A stretch of 64,000 bases of DNA, from contig VRVR01000037.1 of NCBI GenBank assembly GCA_009859145.1, positions 76,892-140,891 of the forward strand, in the 5' to 3' direction. Made by a program: the position numbers and the translations under genes. Positions 42,502 through 51,688 of this stretch are shown piece after piece (the stretch's first letter is position 1; every line of letters begins with the position of its first letter). The notes below the pieces were generated by a model, which was given only the letters and a program-made list of their open reading frames with translations, was not told the DNA's origin and did not search any database. This stretch comes from Andalucia godoyi And28. Taxonomy: Eukaryota > Protista > Jakobida.

Positions 42502-44040
42502 ATGACTGAGACAAAAGTGCTGAGAACAGACTGGGATGCTAATATGCATGCAGAAGCAGAAGCCACCACGGTAGGCTTGCTGGGCACAGTTTGTGGCTTC
42601 ATGATCTTCCTACTGAGTCTGCTGATGATGAAACGGTCTGTCTACCACTTCTGGAACACTACAAAGTCTCTGAATGAAGCAGCACTGGATCACGCAGGCA
42701 AGGAAGGAGCAACATGGAACCCATCGTGGCGGCAAAGATTTTGGCAAACGAGCGGAACCTATCGCATCCTGTACTCTGTCGTTGTTCTCACGTGTTTAAT
42801 CTGGACGACTGAGCAGTATGCAGTGTCGATGACCACGCTTGAATCGTACAGGAACGGTCCGCAAAAGGAGGCCGAGTACAACTACACTGTGCTTCCGAGC
42901 TGCGCCCAACTCGGCGGAGGGGCTATCGACACGCGGGCCTATCTGTGGTGTCCATACGGCTACACAGACTCGTGTCCACGGGGCTGTCAGTATTTCATCG
43001 GTCTAACGTTTCTTCACATCTTCTTCATGGCTTTGTTCTTCACAGTGGTTTACGGTATGTATTTCCATCTTCGCTCGGGGCCGTATTTCTGGAAGCGCCG
43101 CCTGGTCAGCGGTCTCTTTACATGTCCCATCACAGCACTCTTGGCAACCCGACTGTGCCCAACGTGCAAGACCCGGGTGTCGTACGCCTCGCTTCACGGC
43201 GTAGTGAAGAAACCGCTTCTGCAAGATATCTACGATCTCGAACCAAGCTTCCACAAGGATTCCACGTGGGTCTCCATCGCTCGCATCCATCTCAACCGAG
43301 ACGTTCCACTCCCAGCACCGTCTTCATCAGAGCAGATGACGCTGGATCGGTCGACAGACACCGCCGCCAACGGCATAACATCCAGGCTTTCGTCAGCAGA
43401 CTGTGAATCGCTGCAGACGATCCTCGAAACGCGGTTCGTGCTGTTTGAGCCTCAGTTCTGGATTTCGTCTTCGAGAGATGTGCGAAAAGGCGGAGCTCGA
43501 CTGCCGCTGTTTCCCAGAGACAAGGATGTCCCTCCTGAAAGCCCGATTTCTTCCGCTTCTGAAAGCGGCAGCAGCAGCGATGATATCGACAACGAGGCGG
43601 ACGACAGCGATGCATCGGATCGGCGGGAAAGGAAGCAACATGCAGACCATCGAGCGGCAATGGAATCGGAAGAGGAGAATCAGCAGCACGACTTTGTTTC
43701 ATTCAAAGATCGTATCCGCGCGAGCTGTGCGGGATGTCGGGCGCTGCATGCGTCTGAAAAGGGCTTGTTTCGGTATCAACCGTGGTTGATGCTCGCGGTC
43801 GGCATTGTGATCTTGGTGATTGGAAGACACTTCATCACCGTGGCCTATATAGGCTGTGTGGTGCTGCTTCCGATCTACACCGTCGAGTTCCACCATCAAA
43901 TGACACGCATTCGAAGACTGGAAATGCTCCATTCAATGTGCAAGACTGTGGAGCAGAGACTTCGCAAGAAACGGATGCTCCAGTCGCAAATGGGAAGGGT
44001 TGTCAACCTCCAGAACCTCAAGATCGACTCCCTCTCCTAG
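42502..44040 (+). CDS. Multi-pass membrane protein of unknown function (~6 TM), 512 aa
   Basis: Long ATG-initiated ORF with six hydrophobic segments, a Cys-rich loop (CAQL...WCPYGYTDSCPRGC) and an acidic cytoplasmic loop. Confidence 0.75.
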   Translation: MTETKVLRTDWDANMHAEAEATTVGLLGTVCGFMIFLLSLLMMKRSVYHFWNTTKSLNEAALDHAGKEGATWNPSWRQRFWQTSGTYRILYSVVVLTCLIWTTEQYAVSMTTLESYRNGPQKEAEYNYTVLPSCAQLGGGAIDTRAYLWCPYGYTDSCPRGCQYFIGLTFLHIFFMALFFTVVYGMYFHLRSGPYFWKRRLVSGLFTCPITALLATRLCPTCKTRVSYASLHGVVKKPLLQDIYDLEPSFHKDSTWVSIARIHLNRDVPLPAPSSSEQMTLDRSTDTAANGITSRLSSADCESLQTILETRFVLFEPQFWISSSRDVRKGGARLPLFPRDKDVPPESPISSASESGSSSDDIDNEADDSDASDRRERKQHADHRAAMESEEENQQHDFVSFKDRIRASCAGCRALHASEKGLFRYQPWLMLAVGIVILVIGRHFITVAYIGCVVLLPIYTVEFHHQMTRIRRLEMLHSMCKTVEQRLRKKRMLQSQMGRVVNLQNLKIDSLS

Positions 44041-44293
44041 CCTCACAGCTCTCTCTCCCACTCGTCTCCTTCGCTCCCTGGAGCCTGGGGCTCCTGCTTT
44101 TTCTCAACAGTCGCCGGCTGTAACGAAAAACAACAAACCGCGATCGTGACGATGCGATTTGACGTCATTGTCTCAAGTCCGTCCACTTACCAGCATCAAG
44201 GTCATGATTCTGATCTCTGACATACCCGATCGGCAAATTGAATTTGAAAACTTTGGTTGTTTGAAAGCGCTCAAAATCTCCAAAAGGCTGTTC

Positions 44294-44371
44294 TTTCAGT
44301 TTCAGTTTCAGTTTCAGTTTCAGTTTCAGTTTTTGTTTTTGTTTTTGTTTTTGTTTTTGTTTTTGTTTTTT
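44294..44371. repeat. Compound hexanucleotide microsatellite (TTTCAG)6 followed by (TTTTTG)n
   Basis: Directly visible about 75-150 nt upstream of the CHCHD2 ATG. Confidence 0.85.
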
Positions 44372-44446
44372 GCTAAAGAAATATCTCCAGTCCGATCAGC
44401 TGATTTCTTCTTCTTTTTTAATAACAAAGGAAACGTTTAGCGCACA

Positions 44447-45334
44447 ATGGGCCAGAAATCGCGATACACTGGATCTTCGCGATCGTCTTCATCTTCTTCT
44501 TCAGCGTCTCATCCGTCTTCTTTGAGCAGCTCTGCTTCGCATCATCGCGCGTCTGTGCCTATGCCAAGTGCTCCTTCAAAGCCTGCGATGGCCCCTGCGA
44601 TGGCCCCGATGCCTTCGAATGCGTCCCGAGCGACTGCATACCAGAATATTTCGTCTTCTTCCAAGACTGCGTCTGCACCGTCCTCTGCATCTTCCGTGTC
44701 TTCTGGATCGCACTCTTCTTACTCCACATCCGCAAATCACGCTTCTGGAGCATCTGGGGCTGCTGCTGCTGCTGCGCCCGCGTCAAACTCAAGGTTCTTT
44801 GGCGCTTCGACCTCGACAGCGAGCAACACCCCGCAGCACCAGCAGCAGCACTACCCGGTTCCGACACAGCATGCTCCGATGGCAAATCCGCAGCAGCCGG
44901 CATTTGTTCCGCAAACTCAGTCGTCCGGAGGCGGAATCGGCTCGTTTGTTGGAAACTTTGCAACGAATGTGGCGACCATGGCTGTTGGGCATGCGGCAGG
45001 ACGCGCGTTGGACCGCGCGATCACCGGCAGCGGATCGTCGAATCAGGCTTCCGAGAATGGTGGTCAGTCCCAGGTCCCGATGCAGGCTCCTGTGAATGGA
45101 TCGTCTGTTGGAAATGCACCGGCGTATGAAATGTCCGGTAGGGGAAGTGCTGGTGGACAGTGGGAATATGGAGTCGACCCATCGCTTGAGAAGACCGCCT
45201 GCGGAGTGCCGTACACGCAGTTCATCCAGTGCATGAGACAGACTTCGGGAGACCGTGGCGCTTGCAAGTGGTATTTGGACATGCTGGATCAGTGCAAGGC
45301 ATCCGGTGGTGCTTCCGAAAAGACTTTCTCCTAA
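44447..45334 (+). CDS. CHCHD2: CHCHD2/CHCHD10/Mix17-like mitochondrial twin CX9C protein
   Basis: Central hydrophobic helix NVATMAVGHAAGRAL and the C-terminal twin CX9C C-GVPYTQFIQ-C ... C-KWYLDMLDQ-C. Confidence 0.88.
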   Translation: MGQKSRYTGSSRSSSSSSSASHPSSLSSSASHHRASVPMPSAPSKPAMAPAMAPMPSNASRATAYQNISSSSKTASAPSSASSVSSGSHSSYSTSANHASGASGAAAAAAPASNSRFFGASTSTASNTPQHQQQHYPVPTQHAPMANPQQPAFVPQTQSSGGGIGSFVGNFATNVATMAVGHAAGRALDRAITGSGSSNQASENGGQSQVPMQAPVNGSSVGNAPAYEMSGRGSAGGQWEYGVDPSLEKTACGVPYTQFIQCMRQTSGDRGACKWYLDMLDQCKASGGASEKTFS

Positions 45335-45895
45335 ATCAGCGATGGGGCACGTTGGCGTATGTGATACTTGTGTTACTTTGCTGCCCTTTTCTCTGCGTGT
45401 TCTATTAGATTTCATAAATTGATTCTCTTTTCTCTTCTTTTATATGTATATTTATTTATTTAATGTATAACCTCGAGCCAAAAACGTCTGGTGGACGACT
45501 GTGAATATCATCGGATAGTACGGCTGGGTTGGCAGCTGTTGAATGAAGGCCGACCGTTTTCTTCTGCAGAGTGCTGCTACCGGTTGCTGTCGTCGTTGTT
45601 GCTGTCGTTGTTGTTGTTGTCGCGGAGGCGTAGGTGTGCAGTCGATGCCCCAATGAGACACTGTCGAATTGTAAAAGTCACTTTACGCCAAGTAATCTGT
45701 CTGAGGCGCAGCATGCAAGCTAAATGTTTGGAGAGGTTTGGGTCGGAGGGTAATACTTGAATTCTTGATCATTTTACTTCCTTATTATTATTATTGCATT
45801 GTATTGCATTGTTTTGTTTTTGTTTTGCTTTGTGTTTGTTATTTGTCTTGTACATTGCCTGCGTGACGGGGCATGAGGGTCGGCAGTAGGCACTA

Positions 45896-47644
45896 CTAGT
45901 TGGCAAGAGAGCGCAGAGTGTTGACGATAAAGACGGTGTGAGTCTCGCCACAGTCGACTTTCGAGGCGCCGTCAATGTGCGAAATAAACTGAGGGGACGA
46001 GTAGAATGCGGTTCGAGGTTCTGAAGAGTCCCCCGGCAACGATCCTTTTGCGACATCAGGAGGATGAATGCCAAGCTGCATGCTATCATTGGCACCCCAT
46101 GCCCAGATCTTCCCGCTATCTGTAGCGATCACGGAATGAAATCCTCCGCAGGCCACACGCCGAGGCTTCGAATCGACCTGTCCCATGAGCTTGGCGACCA
46201 GCCGAGGTATGTTTTCATCGGCTTCTCGGCCGTGGCCGAGGCGTCCAGAAAGTCCGCATCCAAAAGAATACACATCGCCGTTGTTGAGAAGAACAAGGTT
46301 GTGTGACGCTCCACAGCTGACTTCTCGAACTCGATGCTCATGTTCCTTCGTTGCAAGCAACTTTGCAAAAAACTCAATTCGAGAAGGACATATCCTTGGA
46401 TGCAAGTCCCCGTGTCCAAGTCGACCGTTGCGGCCGCAACCCCAGGAGAATACCTGGCCAGCCTCATCGACTGCCAGTGCGTGGAATGGGCCGGCGGCGA
46501 TAAGGTGGATGCGTTTAGCGGTTGGAGGAAATTCAATCTTCTTCGGGGTCTTTTCAAAGGCCATTTCATGCTGCAGTGCAGGAGAGGCCTCACTGACAGG
46601 AAGGGGCAGAGGAACGCCGAGCCAGCCTTCCGGGTTCGACCCCCATCCGAACAGCTCACCCTTGTCTGAAATTCCAAATGAGCGCTTTCCGCTGCACGCG
46701 ATCTTTCGAAACACAACATTTGCTGGGGCAGATACTGGCCCCAAGTTTCGCCGCGATACGTCCATACCGCTGCCAAGCTGTCCCATGGACCCTGTTCCAG
46801 CACCAAAGATCCTTCCCGAAGTCATCAGCACAAGGAAATGTGCATCGCCGCATGCAACTTGGGCAAACTGCTGGCCTGCAGGCAGCAGAAATTTTTCGAC
46901 CAAGTGAAGTGGCCGGCGCGTCGAAGTCCGTTCGATTCCCCATTTACCCCACACAAAAAGATCATTCTTTGCACTGACTGCCACACAGAACCGCTGTCCA
47001 CTGGCGACCGAGTGGCACCCCATCGATTCCAGTTGTCTGAACTCGACAGATTCTCGCGAACAGTCAGTATCTGGTAGTCCAAGCTGCCCCTCCAGACCTC
47101 GCCCATGCACAAACAGTTTCAACGAGTCCATGACGGACGATATGCTCTTGTACAGCTTTGTAAAACTTGGCAGATCGCCACTGCGAATCCTCGATATGAT
47201 CGAAACAAACTCTCGGAAGTCAACAGTGCCGCTCCGGTCTTCGTCTGCCTCGGCCACAAACAACCGAATCTCATGATCCGTGGCGGTGAGACCGAACTTC
47301 TTGCAGAGCATCTTGATTTCGTCCGGCGATATTTCCCCGGAATTGTCATAGTCAAACTGGGAGAACTTGGCGTGCAGAGTCCGGACTTCGGCAACCGGCA
47401 TCTCATACGTTTGCGCGTAGTCCAAAATCATCCTTTCGAGTTTTTCTTCTGGATCGTCCTCCACTGCGACCTGATCTTGCGCCCCGGTCTCTGCTGGAAC
47501 TTCTTCGGCTGATCCTCCTCTGCTTCTGCTCGTCCGCTCATCATTGTCTTCGTCATCCGCTGCACCACCACCATTGTAATTCTCCTCACCATGGCCATGA
47601 TCATCAACATCACTGTTTTTACTGCTCTGAATGCCGTTCTCCAT
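45896..47644 (-). CDS. EF-hand pair fused to an RCC1-like beta-propeller, 582 aa
   Basis: EF-hands DYDNSGEISPDE and DEDRSGTVDFRE, followed by RCC1 repeats (VACGDAHFL, VFSWGCGRNGRLGHG, VSCGASHNL, VACGGFHSV, CGETHT). Confidence 0.9.
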   Translation of the reverse strand: MENGIQSSKNSDVDDHGHGEENYNGGGAADDEDNDERTSRSRGGSAEEVPAETGAQDQVAVEDDPEEKLERMILDYAQTYEMPVAEVRTLHAKFSQFDYDNSGEISPDEIKMLCKKFGLTATDHEIRLFVAEADEDRSGTVDFREFVSIISRIRSGDLPSFTKLYKSISSVMDSLKLFVHGRGLEGQLGLPDTDCSRESVEFRQLESMGCHSVASGQRFCVAVSAKNDLFVWGKWGIERTSTRRPLHLVEKFLLPAGQQFAQVACGDAHFLVLMTSGRIFGAGTGSMGQLGSGMDVSRRNLGPVSAPANVVFRKIACSGKRSFGISDKGELFGWGSNPEGWLGVPLPLPVSEASPALQHEMAFEKTPKKIEFPPTAKRIHLIAAGPFHALAVDEAGQVFSWGCGRNGRLGHGDLHPRICPSRIEFFAKLLATKEHEHRVREVSCGASHNLVLLNNGDVYSFGCGLSGRLGHGREADENIPRLVAKLMGQVDSKPRRVACGGFHSVIATDSGKIWAWGANDSMQLGIHPPDVAKGSLPGDSSEPRTAFYSSPQFISHIDGASKVDCGETHTVFIVNTLRSLAN

Positions 47645-47971
47645 CTTGCATGTTCCTCATTGTATCTCTCCCATATCTCGACTCGTGATGATATATACAC
47701 AGTGCCCCACGACAAGAGCAAAAAAAGGCAGGTTACTTCTTGGGGAAGAAGCTACTCGGCTACAGGAACCGACTTCTGAACCACACTGCGTCCTCCAACT
47801 GTTGTACACAACTCCGTTTCCGTCGTTTCGATCGACGCATGTCGAAACTCGCTCCTTTGACTGCACTTTGCTCATTGCTGCTTGTTCGCCAAAGAGTTAT
47901 TAGGTGTTTTTTTTTTAATGTACTTCTGGTTTTTTCATATTTTCATTTTCAAATAGGTGCATGGCATTGGG

Positions 47972-48667
47972 ATGTTTCGATCTCGAAAGCATGTGACGAC
48001 TGCTTTTTTGCAGACGCTTCCTGAGCTGTCTATGAGCACCGAGTATGTTGCGCAAGTCGTGGAGACTCGTGGGAATTCGATGTTCTATGTGTCGATTGCG
48101 CCGCATCCAGCAAGCATGAGCAGCTGCTCGACTTCCGAAAACATTCAGTTTGCATTGGTGAAACTCCCTAGCAAATTCCACAAGGCCATTTGGATCCGGC
48201 GCGGTTCGTTTGTGATTGTGAACCTTGATGTGTCGATGGCGATTGAAAAAGGAAGTGCCGCCGCCGCCACCACCAATGCAAATGCAAATGCAAACTCGAA
48301 CGCGATCAGCAGCAGTAAGCATAATAGCGGTCCTAGTAATGGTATTGTGTGGGGCGAAATTGTACATATTGTCGACCAGAAGGGAATTCGGCATTTGAAG
48401 GAGCTGGGACAGTGGACGTTTTCAGAAACCGCAGTTCCAGAAGTTGTTGGTGATCCGGACGAGAACGAGCCAAGCAGCGCAAGTGTGGCAGGTGACTTTC
48501 TCTCTCATGAAGGAGAAGATGGTGAGGACGAGGGTGAGGACGATGATAATGGCGACTGCGAAGGAAAGCAGGAGGAGGTCTTTGTGAATCGGAACAGAAG
48601 AAGGTTTGTGGTATATGCTTCGGATTCCGAAGCGTCAGACAATGAAGACACTGAGTTTCATTCCTAG
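47972..48667 (+). CDS. EIF1AD: eIF1A-domain (S1/OB-fold) RNA-binding protein
   Basis: ATG at 47972 (MFRSRKHV). VAQVVETRGNSMFYV, LVKLPSKFHKAIWIRRGSFVIV, GEIVHIV, and an acidic tail ending NRNRRRF...SDSE. Confidence 0.85.
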   Translation: MFRSRKHVTTAFLQTLPELSMSTEYVAQVVETRGNSMFYVSIAPHPASMSSCSTSENIQFALVKLPSKFHKAIWIRRGSFVIVNLDVSMAIEKGSAAAATTNANANANSNAISSSKHNSGPSNGIVWGEIVHIVDQKGIRHLKELGQWTFSETAVPEVVGDPDENEPSSASVAGDFLSHEGEDGEDEGEDDDNGDCEGKQEEVFVNRNRRRFVVYASDSEASDNEDTEFHS

Positions 48668-49164
48668 AGAATCCCCCTTTGGAAAAGAAGAAAAAGAAAA
48701 GAAAATGTCATAATGTACATTGCGCCCGAGTACGCCATCGGCACCGAGCATTTTTTGGAAGCGCCTGCTATTTATTAGTACTAAATGTTATCACTGTGAT
48801 TTGCAGCATTATCTTCGATGCATGTTTTTTAAATTTCTTGGTTGATCGGTTGGTTGGTTGGCAGGGCTGTGGCATTGGCAACTTGGCAGGCATTGCAGAC
48901 CAGTCGGTAAATGCTATATCCGGCACTGTGCGTTGCAAATATCATTCGTAGGAGCAAAAGGGACACGATAGGAAATTTTCGTAGTGCCGCTTTTTCAACG
49001 GCCGATCGCTTTGTCTGGCTTTTTCTTCTTTTATTTTTGCGAACTGCCACGCTTGGTTGTGGGGTTTTTATGCCAATTTTTTGTTTTTGAATTTGGAAGC
49101 AGCAGTGGTTTAGTCTGTTCTGCATTCGCAAAGAAAGAGGGCTCTTGTTTTGTTGGTTTGGGGC

Positions 49165-50127
49165 ATGATCCGGAAGAAGCTGCATCCTTCTCCACAGAAA
49201 GAAAGGGATACTGTCTGGTGGCAAACATGGGCTGGTCCGCACGTGTTTCACAAGCCAGCAAAGGTAGACTTTACAAGCACAAAGTACGAGAAAAGCGAGG
49301 CGCCTCCGGAGTATTCACTGCGACAGCAGTACCAAGAACGAGCCAGTCAAGCGAGAAACTCGACTGGTGATGGGGAATTCATCAGAAGCATGGAGGAGTC
49401 CACGATGCGACACTGCAATCATCTGCAGCAGCAGCACTCCATGAGAAGAACAACATCCTCCTTTTCTTCTGCTTCGAACAGTTCCGGAAATGTCGGTTCT
49501 CCGAGCAGTTTCCAGTCTCCTTCGCCCGCTCGAAACTCTCTCCAGGAATCAATATTGATGTCGAGGTCCGCAAGTGGACGGCGGTCACAATCGTCGTTGG
49601 ACATGAACCATCCTGAGCAGAGGTCGTGGGGGACGTTTTCGTCCAATGACCGTTCGGCAGAATGGGTTTCGAGATTCACGGATGCAGAACCTGCAATTTC
49701 TGCGATTCCAGATAACATCATGGCATTCGGACACGCGTCTCTTGTCACTCGAATGGATCCGCTGCTCAAGTCGAGCCCTGCGTCATTGCATACCGCAAGG
49801 GCAGTGGAGAACAGAAGTAGAAAGCACTTTGGAGGCAGCGAGATGACGGGAAACTTGTCAACAACTTGGGCCACAGCAGACGTGTACGCGCAGACGACAA
49901 CCCAGTCTTTTCCGTCAAGCCGATTGGACGACTTCCGAAAGTCACAGACCATTGAACGATCCTTTGCAAAGGCTGAGCCGAGTCGTATCAAGGACATTGG
50001 AACACATCCCGATGTTCCGATGCGAGAGAGATCCGATCCCTCAAGATCCGCTGCAAAACTGTTGACAAAATCCATCCGAACCATACATGATAAGGACGTG
50101 CTTTTCGGTGCAAACTTTGCACAGTAG
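49165..50127 (+). CDS. Hypothetical Ser-rich protein (~320 aa)
   Basis: Long ORF with first ATG at 49165, flanked by AT-rich intergenic DNA; no family recognised. Confidence 0.6.
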   Translation: MIRKKLHPSPQKERDTVWWQTWAGPHVFHKPAKVDFTSTKYEKSEAPPEYSLRQQYQERASQARNSTGDGEFIRSMEESTMRHCNHLQQQHSMRRTTSSFSSASNSSGNVGSPSSFQSPSPARNSLQESILMSRSASGRRSQSSLDMNHPEQRSWGTFSSNDRSAEWVSRFTDAEPAISAIPDNIMAFGHASLVTRMDPLLKSSPASLHTARAVENRSRKHFGGSEMTGNLSTTWATADVYAQTTTQSFPSSRLDDFRKSQTIERSFAKAEPSRIKDIGTHPDVPMRERSDPSRSAAKLLTKSIRTIHDKDVLFGANFAQ

Positions 50128-50227
50128 CATCTGTTTTATGTCTTCTTTTTTTATATTAAGTATTGTTTGAAAAATTATATTGCTGCTGAGAAACGCATCA
50201 TCCGAGTCTCGTTTCTATTCTTCTTTT

Positions 50228-50273
<46 letters not shown>

Positions 50274-50542
50274 GTGTGCATTTCTTTTTCTTTTTCTATC
50301 GGGAAAGGACTACTCGGCACTTTGCAGAACCAGCTGCATACACACTTCCCGCTTGTGCGTGCAGATTGGGGGATGATTCCAGCTGTGGGTATTTTTGGAA
50401 CGAGGAGACACAGCGATGTGGTTAAAAGCATTCTTCCTTTTCTTTTTCTGTTTTGGTTTTTTTATTTTATTTTTAAATTTGATTCGCGATTCCCAGTTTT
50501 TTTTCTGGACACTTTAGAATTCAACAGAAGGAGTGGGGGGAA

Positions 50543-51346
50543 ATGGCTGGTCTTAGCGCAGCGGAAAAGGAACTGTATCTTCGCGACGGATTTATTGCAT
50601 GCCGCAATCTGATTTCGGCAGAAGAGATTGCGGAAGTAATGAAAGCCTGTGAGGTTTTGGCAAACAAGCGTCCTGCCCCAGGCTGCGATCAAGAGATGAT
50701 GTATTACGAAGACTCGATGCAGAATCCGTCCCAGCGCATCCTCTCAAGAATCGAAAAGTTTGTCGAAACCAATGCGGTTCTTGCCAAGATTGCATCTGAT
50801 GAACGCATTTTAAGCCGAGTTGCCGACTGTCTGTCTCTTGGGCGTGAGTATCCTTCGGCGAATGGCTCCTCGAATTCAACGCCTATTCTTTTCAAAGAAA
50901 AGATTAATTTCAAGCTAGCGAATGGCGGGCGCGGATTCGAAGCTCACCAGGATATCCAACCTGGTTGGGACGACTATGCACCGTACTTTGTGTCCGTGCT
51001 CGTGACCATTGATCCGTCGACTCTGGAGAACGGGTGCTTGGAGCTCGCAGGCGGACACCACAAAAGAGGTCTTCTTGGAGAAAAGTGGAAGCCACTTACC
51101 GAGGACCAGCTCAAGGGCGTGGAGTTTGTCAAGTTCCCGACTCAGCCGGGCGATGTCGTGTTCTTTGATTGCTACGTGCCGCATCAATCGGGCCCGAACA
51201 TGAGTGCACACATTCGTAGAAATATGTATCTTACGTACAACCATCCGCACGACGGAAATCATCGGATCCAGTACTATGCCGACAAGAGAAAGGCTTTTCC
51301 TCCTGACAACGAGCGCAACGGAAAGCAGTATGCATACAAGGTGTAA
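50543..51346 (+). CDS. Fe(II)/2-oxoglutarate dioxygenase, PhyH family, PhnY (2-aminoethylphosphonate dioxygenase)-like
   Basis: LFKEKINFK..GG.GF.AHQD (HxD), ENGCL, PGDVVFFDCYVPHQSGPN..RRNMYLTYN (distal His and 2OG-binding Arg), and the C-terminal YYADKRKAFPPDNER typical of PhnY-like proteins. Confidence 0.85.
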   Translation: MAGLSAAEKELYLRDGFIACRNLISAEEIAEVMKACEVLANKRPAPGCDQEMMYYEDSMQNPSQRILSRIEKFVETNAVLAKIASDERILSRVADCLSLGREYPSANGSSNSTPILFKEKINFKLANGGRGFEAHQDIQPGWDDYAPYFVSVLVTIDPSTLENGCLELAGGHHKRGLLGEKWKPLTEDQLKGVEFVKFPTQPGDVVFFDCYVPHQSGPNMSAHIRRNMYLTYNHPHDGNHRIQYYADKRKAFPPDNERNGKQYAYKV

Positions 51347-51552
51347 TATTTGTTTGCGCCAATAAATGCAGGAGCCCGTCCCACTGCCTTTTCTTTCTCC
51401 GTTTTCTTTTCTTTCTTTTTTCTTTTTTTTCTTTTGTGGTTTTTGAATTGCATATCGAAATAGTACTGGTAAGCGCACCGCTCAAGCCTGGGAACCATCG
51501 CTTGCTCGTCCAAACCAGAAACGAGCAAACCCCGTACACGCACAGCCTACAT

Positions 51553-51688
51553 TGTAAACTAATCATGCATGATCACTGCTAACCATGCATGATCAGTCTT
51601 GAATCCAAATTGAATTCACACTCAATTCGGAAGCGCGTAGGCCCCAACACGCCTCACGGCGTTCTTCAGATAGATGTTCCGCGCTCCG
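51553..51688 (-). ncRNA. Candidate omega-RNA (Fanzor guide scaffold) overlapping the 3' end of the remnant ORF
   Basis: Minus-strand stems: GGAGCGCG (51687-51680) with CGCGCUUCC (51637-51629), enclosing ACGCC-GUGA-GGCGU (51662-51649, GNRA loop); CCGAAUUGAG-ugugaa-UUCAAUUUGG (51630-51605); and a 13-16 bp stem CUGAUCAUGCAUG/CAUGCAUGAUUAG (51596-51559). The first two long stems compete for 51630-51629. G-U wobbles become mismatches on the plus strand. Confidence 0.65.

Noticed and set aside
44185-44191. ACTTACC resembling the U1 snRNA 5' end
   Set aside because: No following U1 stem-loops, CATTGCAC loop or Sm site.
45452-45760. Small ORFs on both strands between CHCHD2 and the EF-hand/RCC1 gene
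   Set aside because: Non-ATG starts, driven by a (GTT)n repeat, no recognisable motif.
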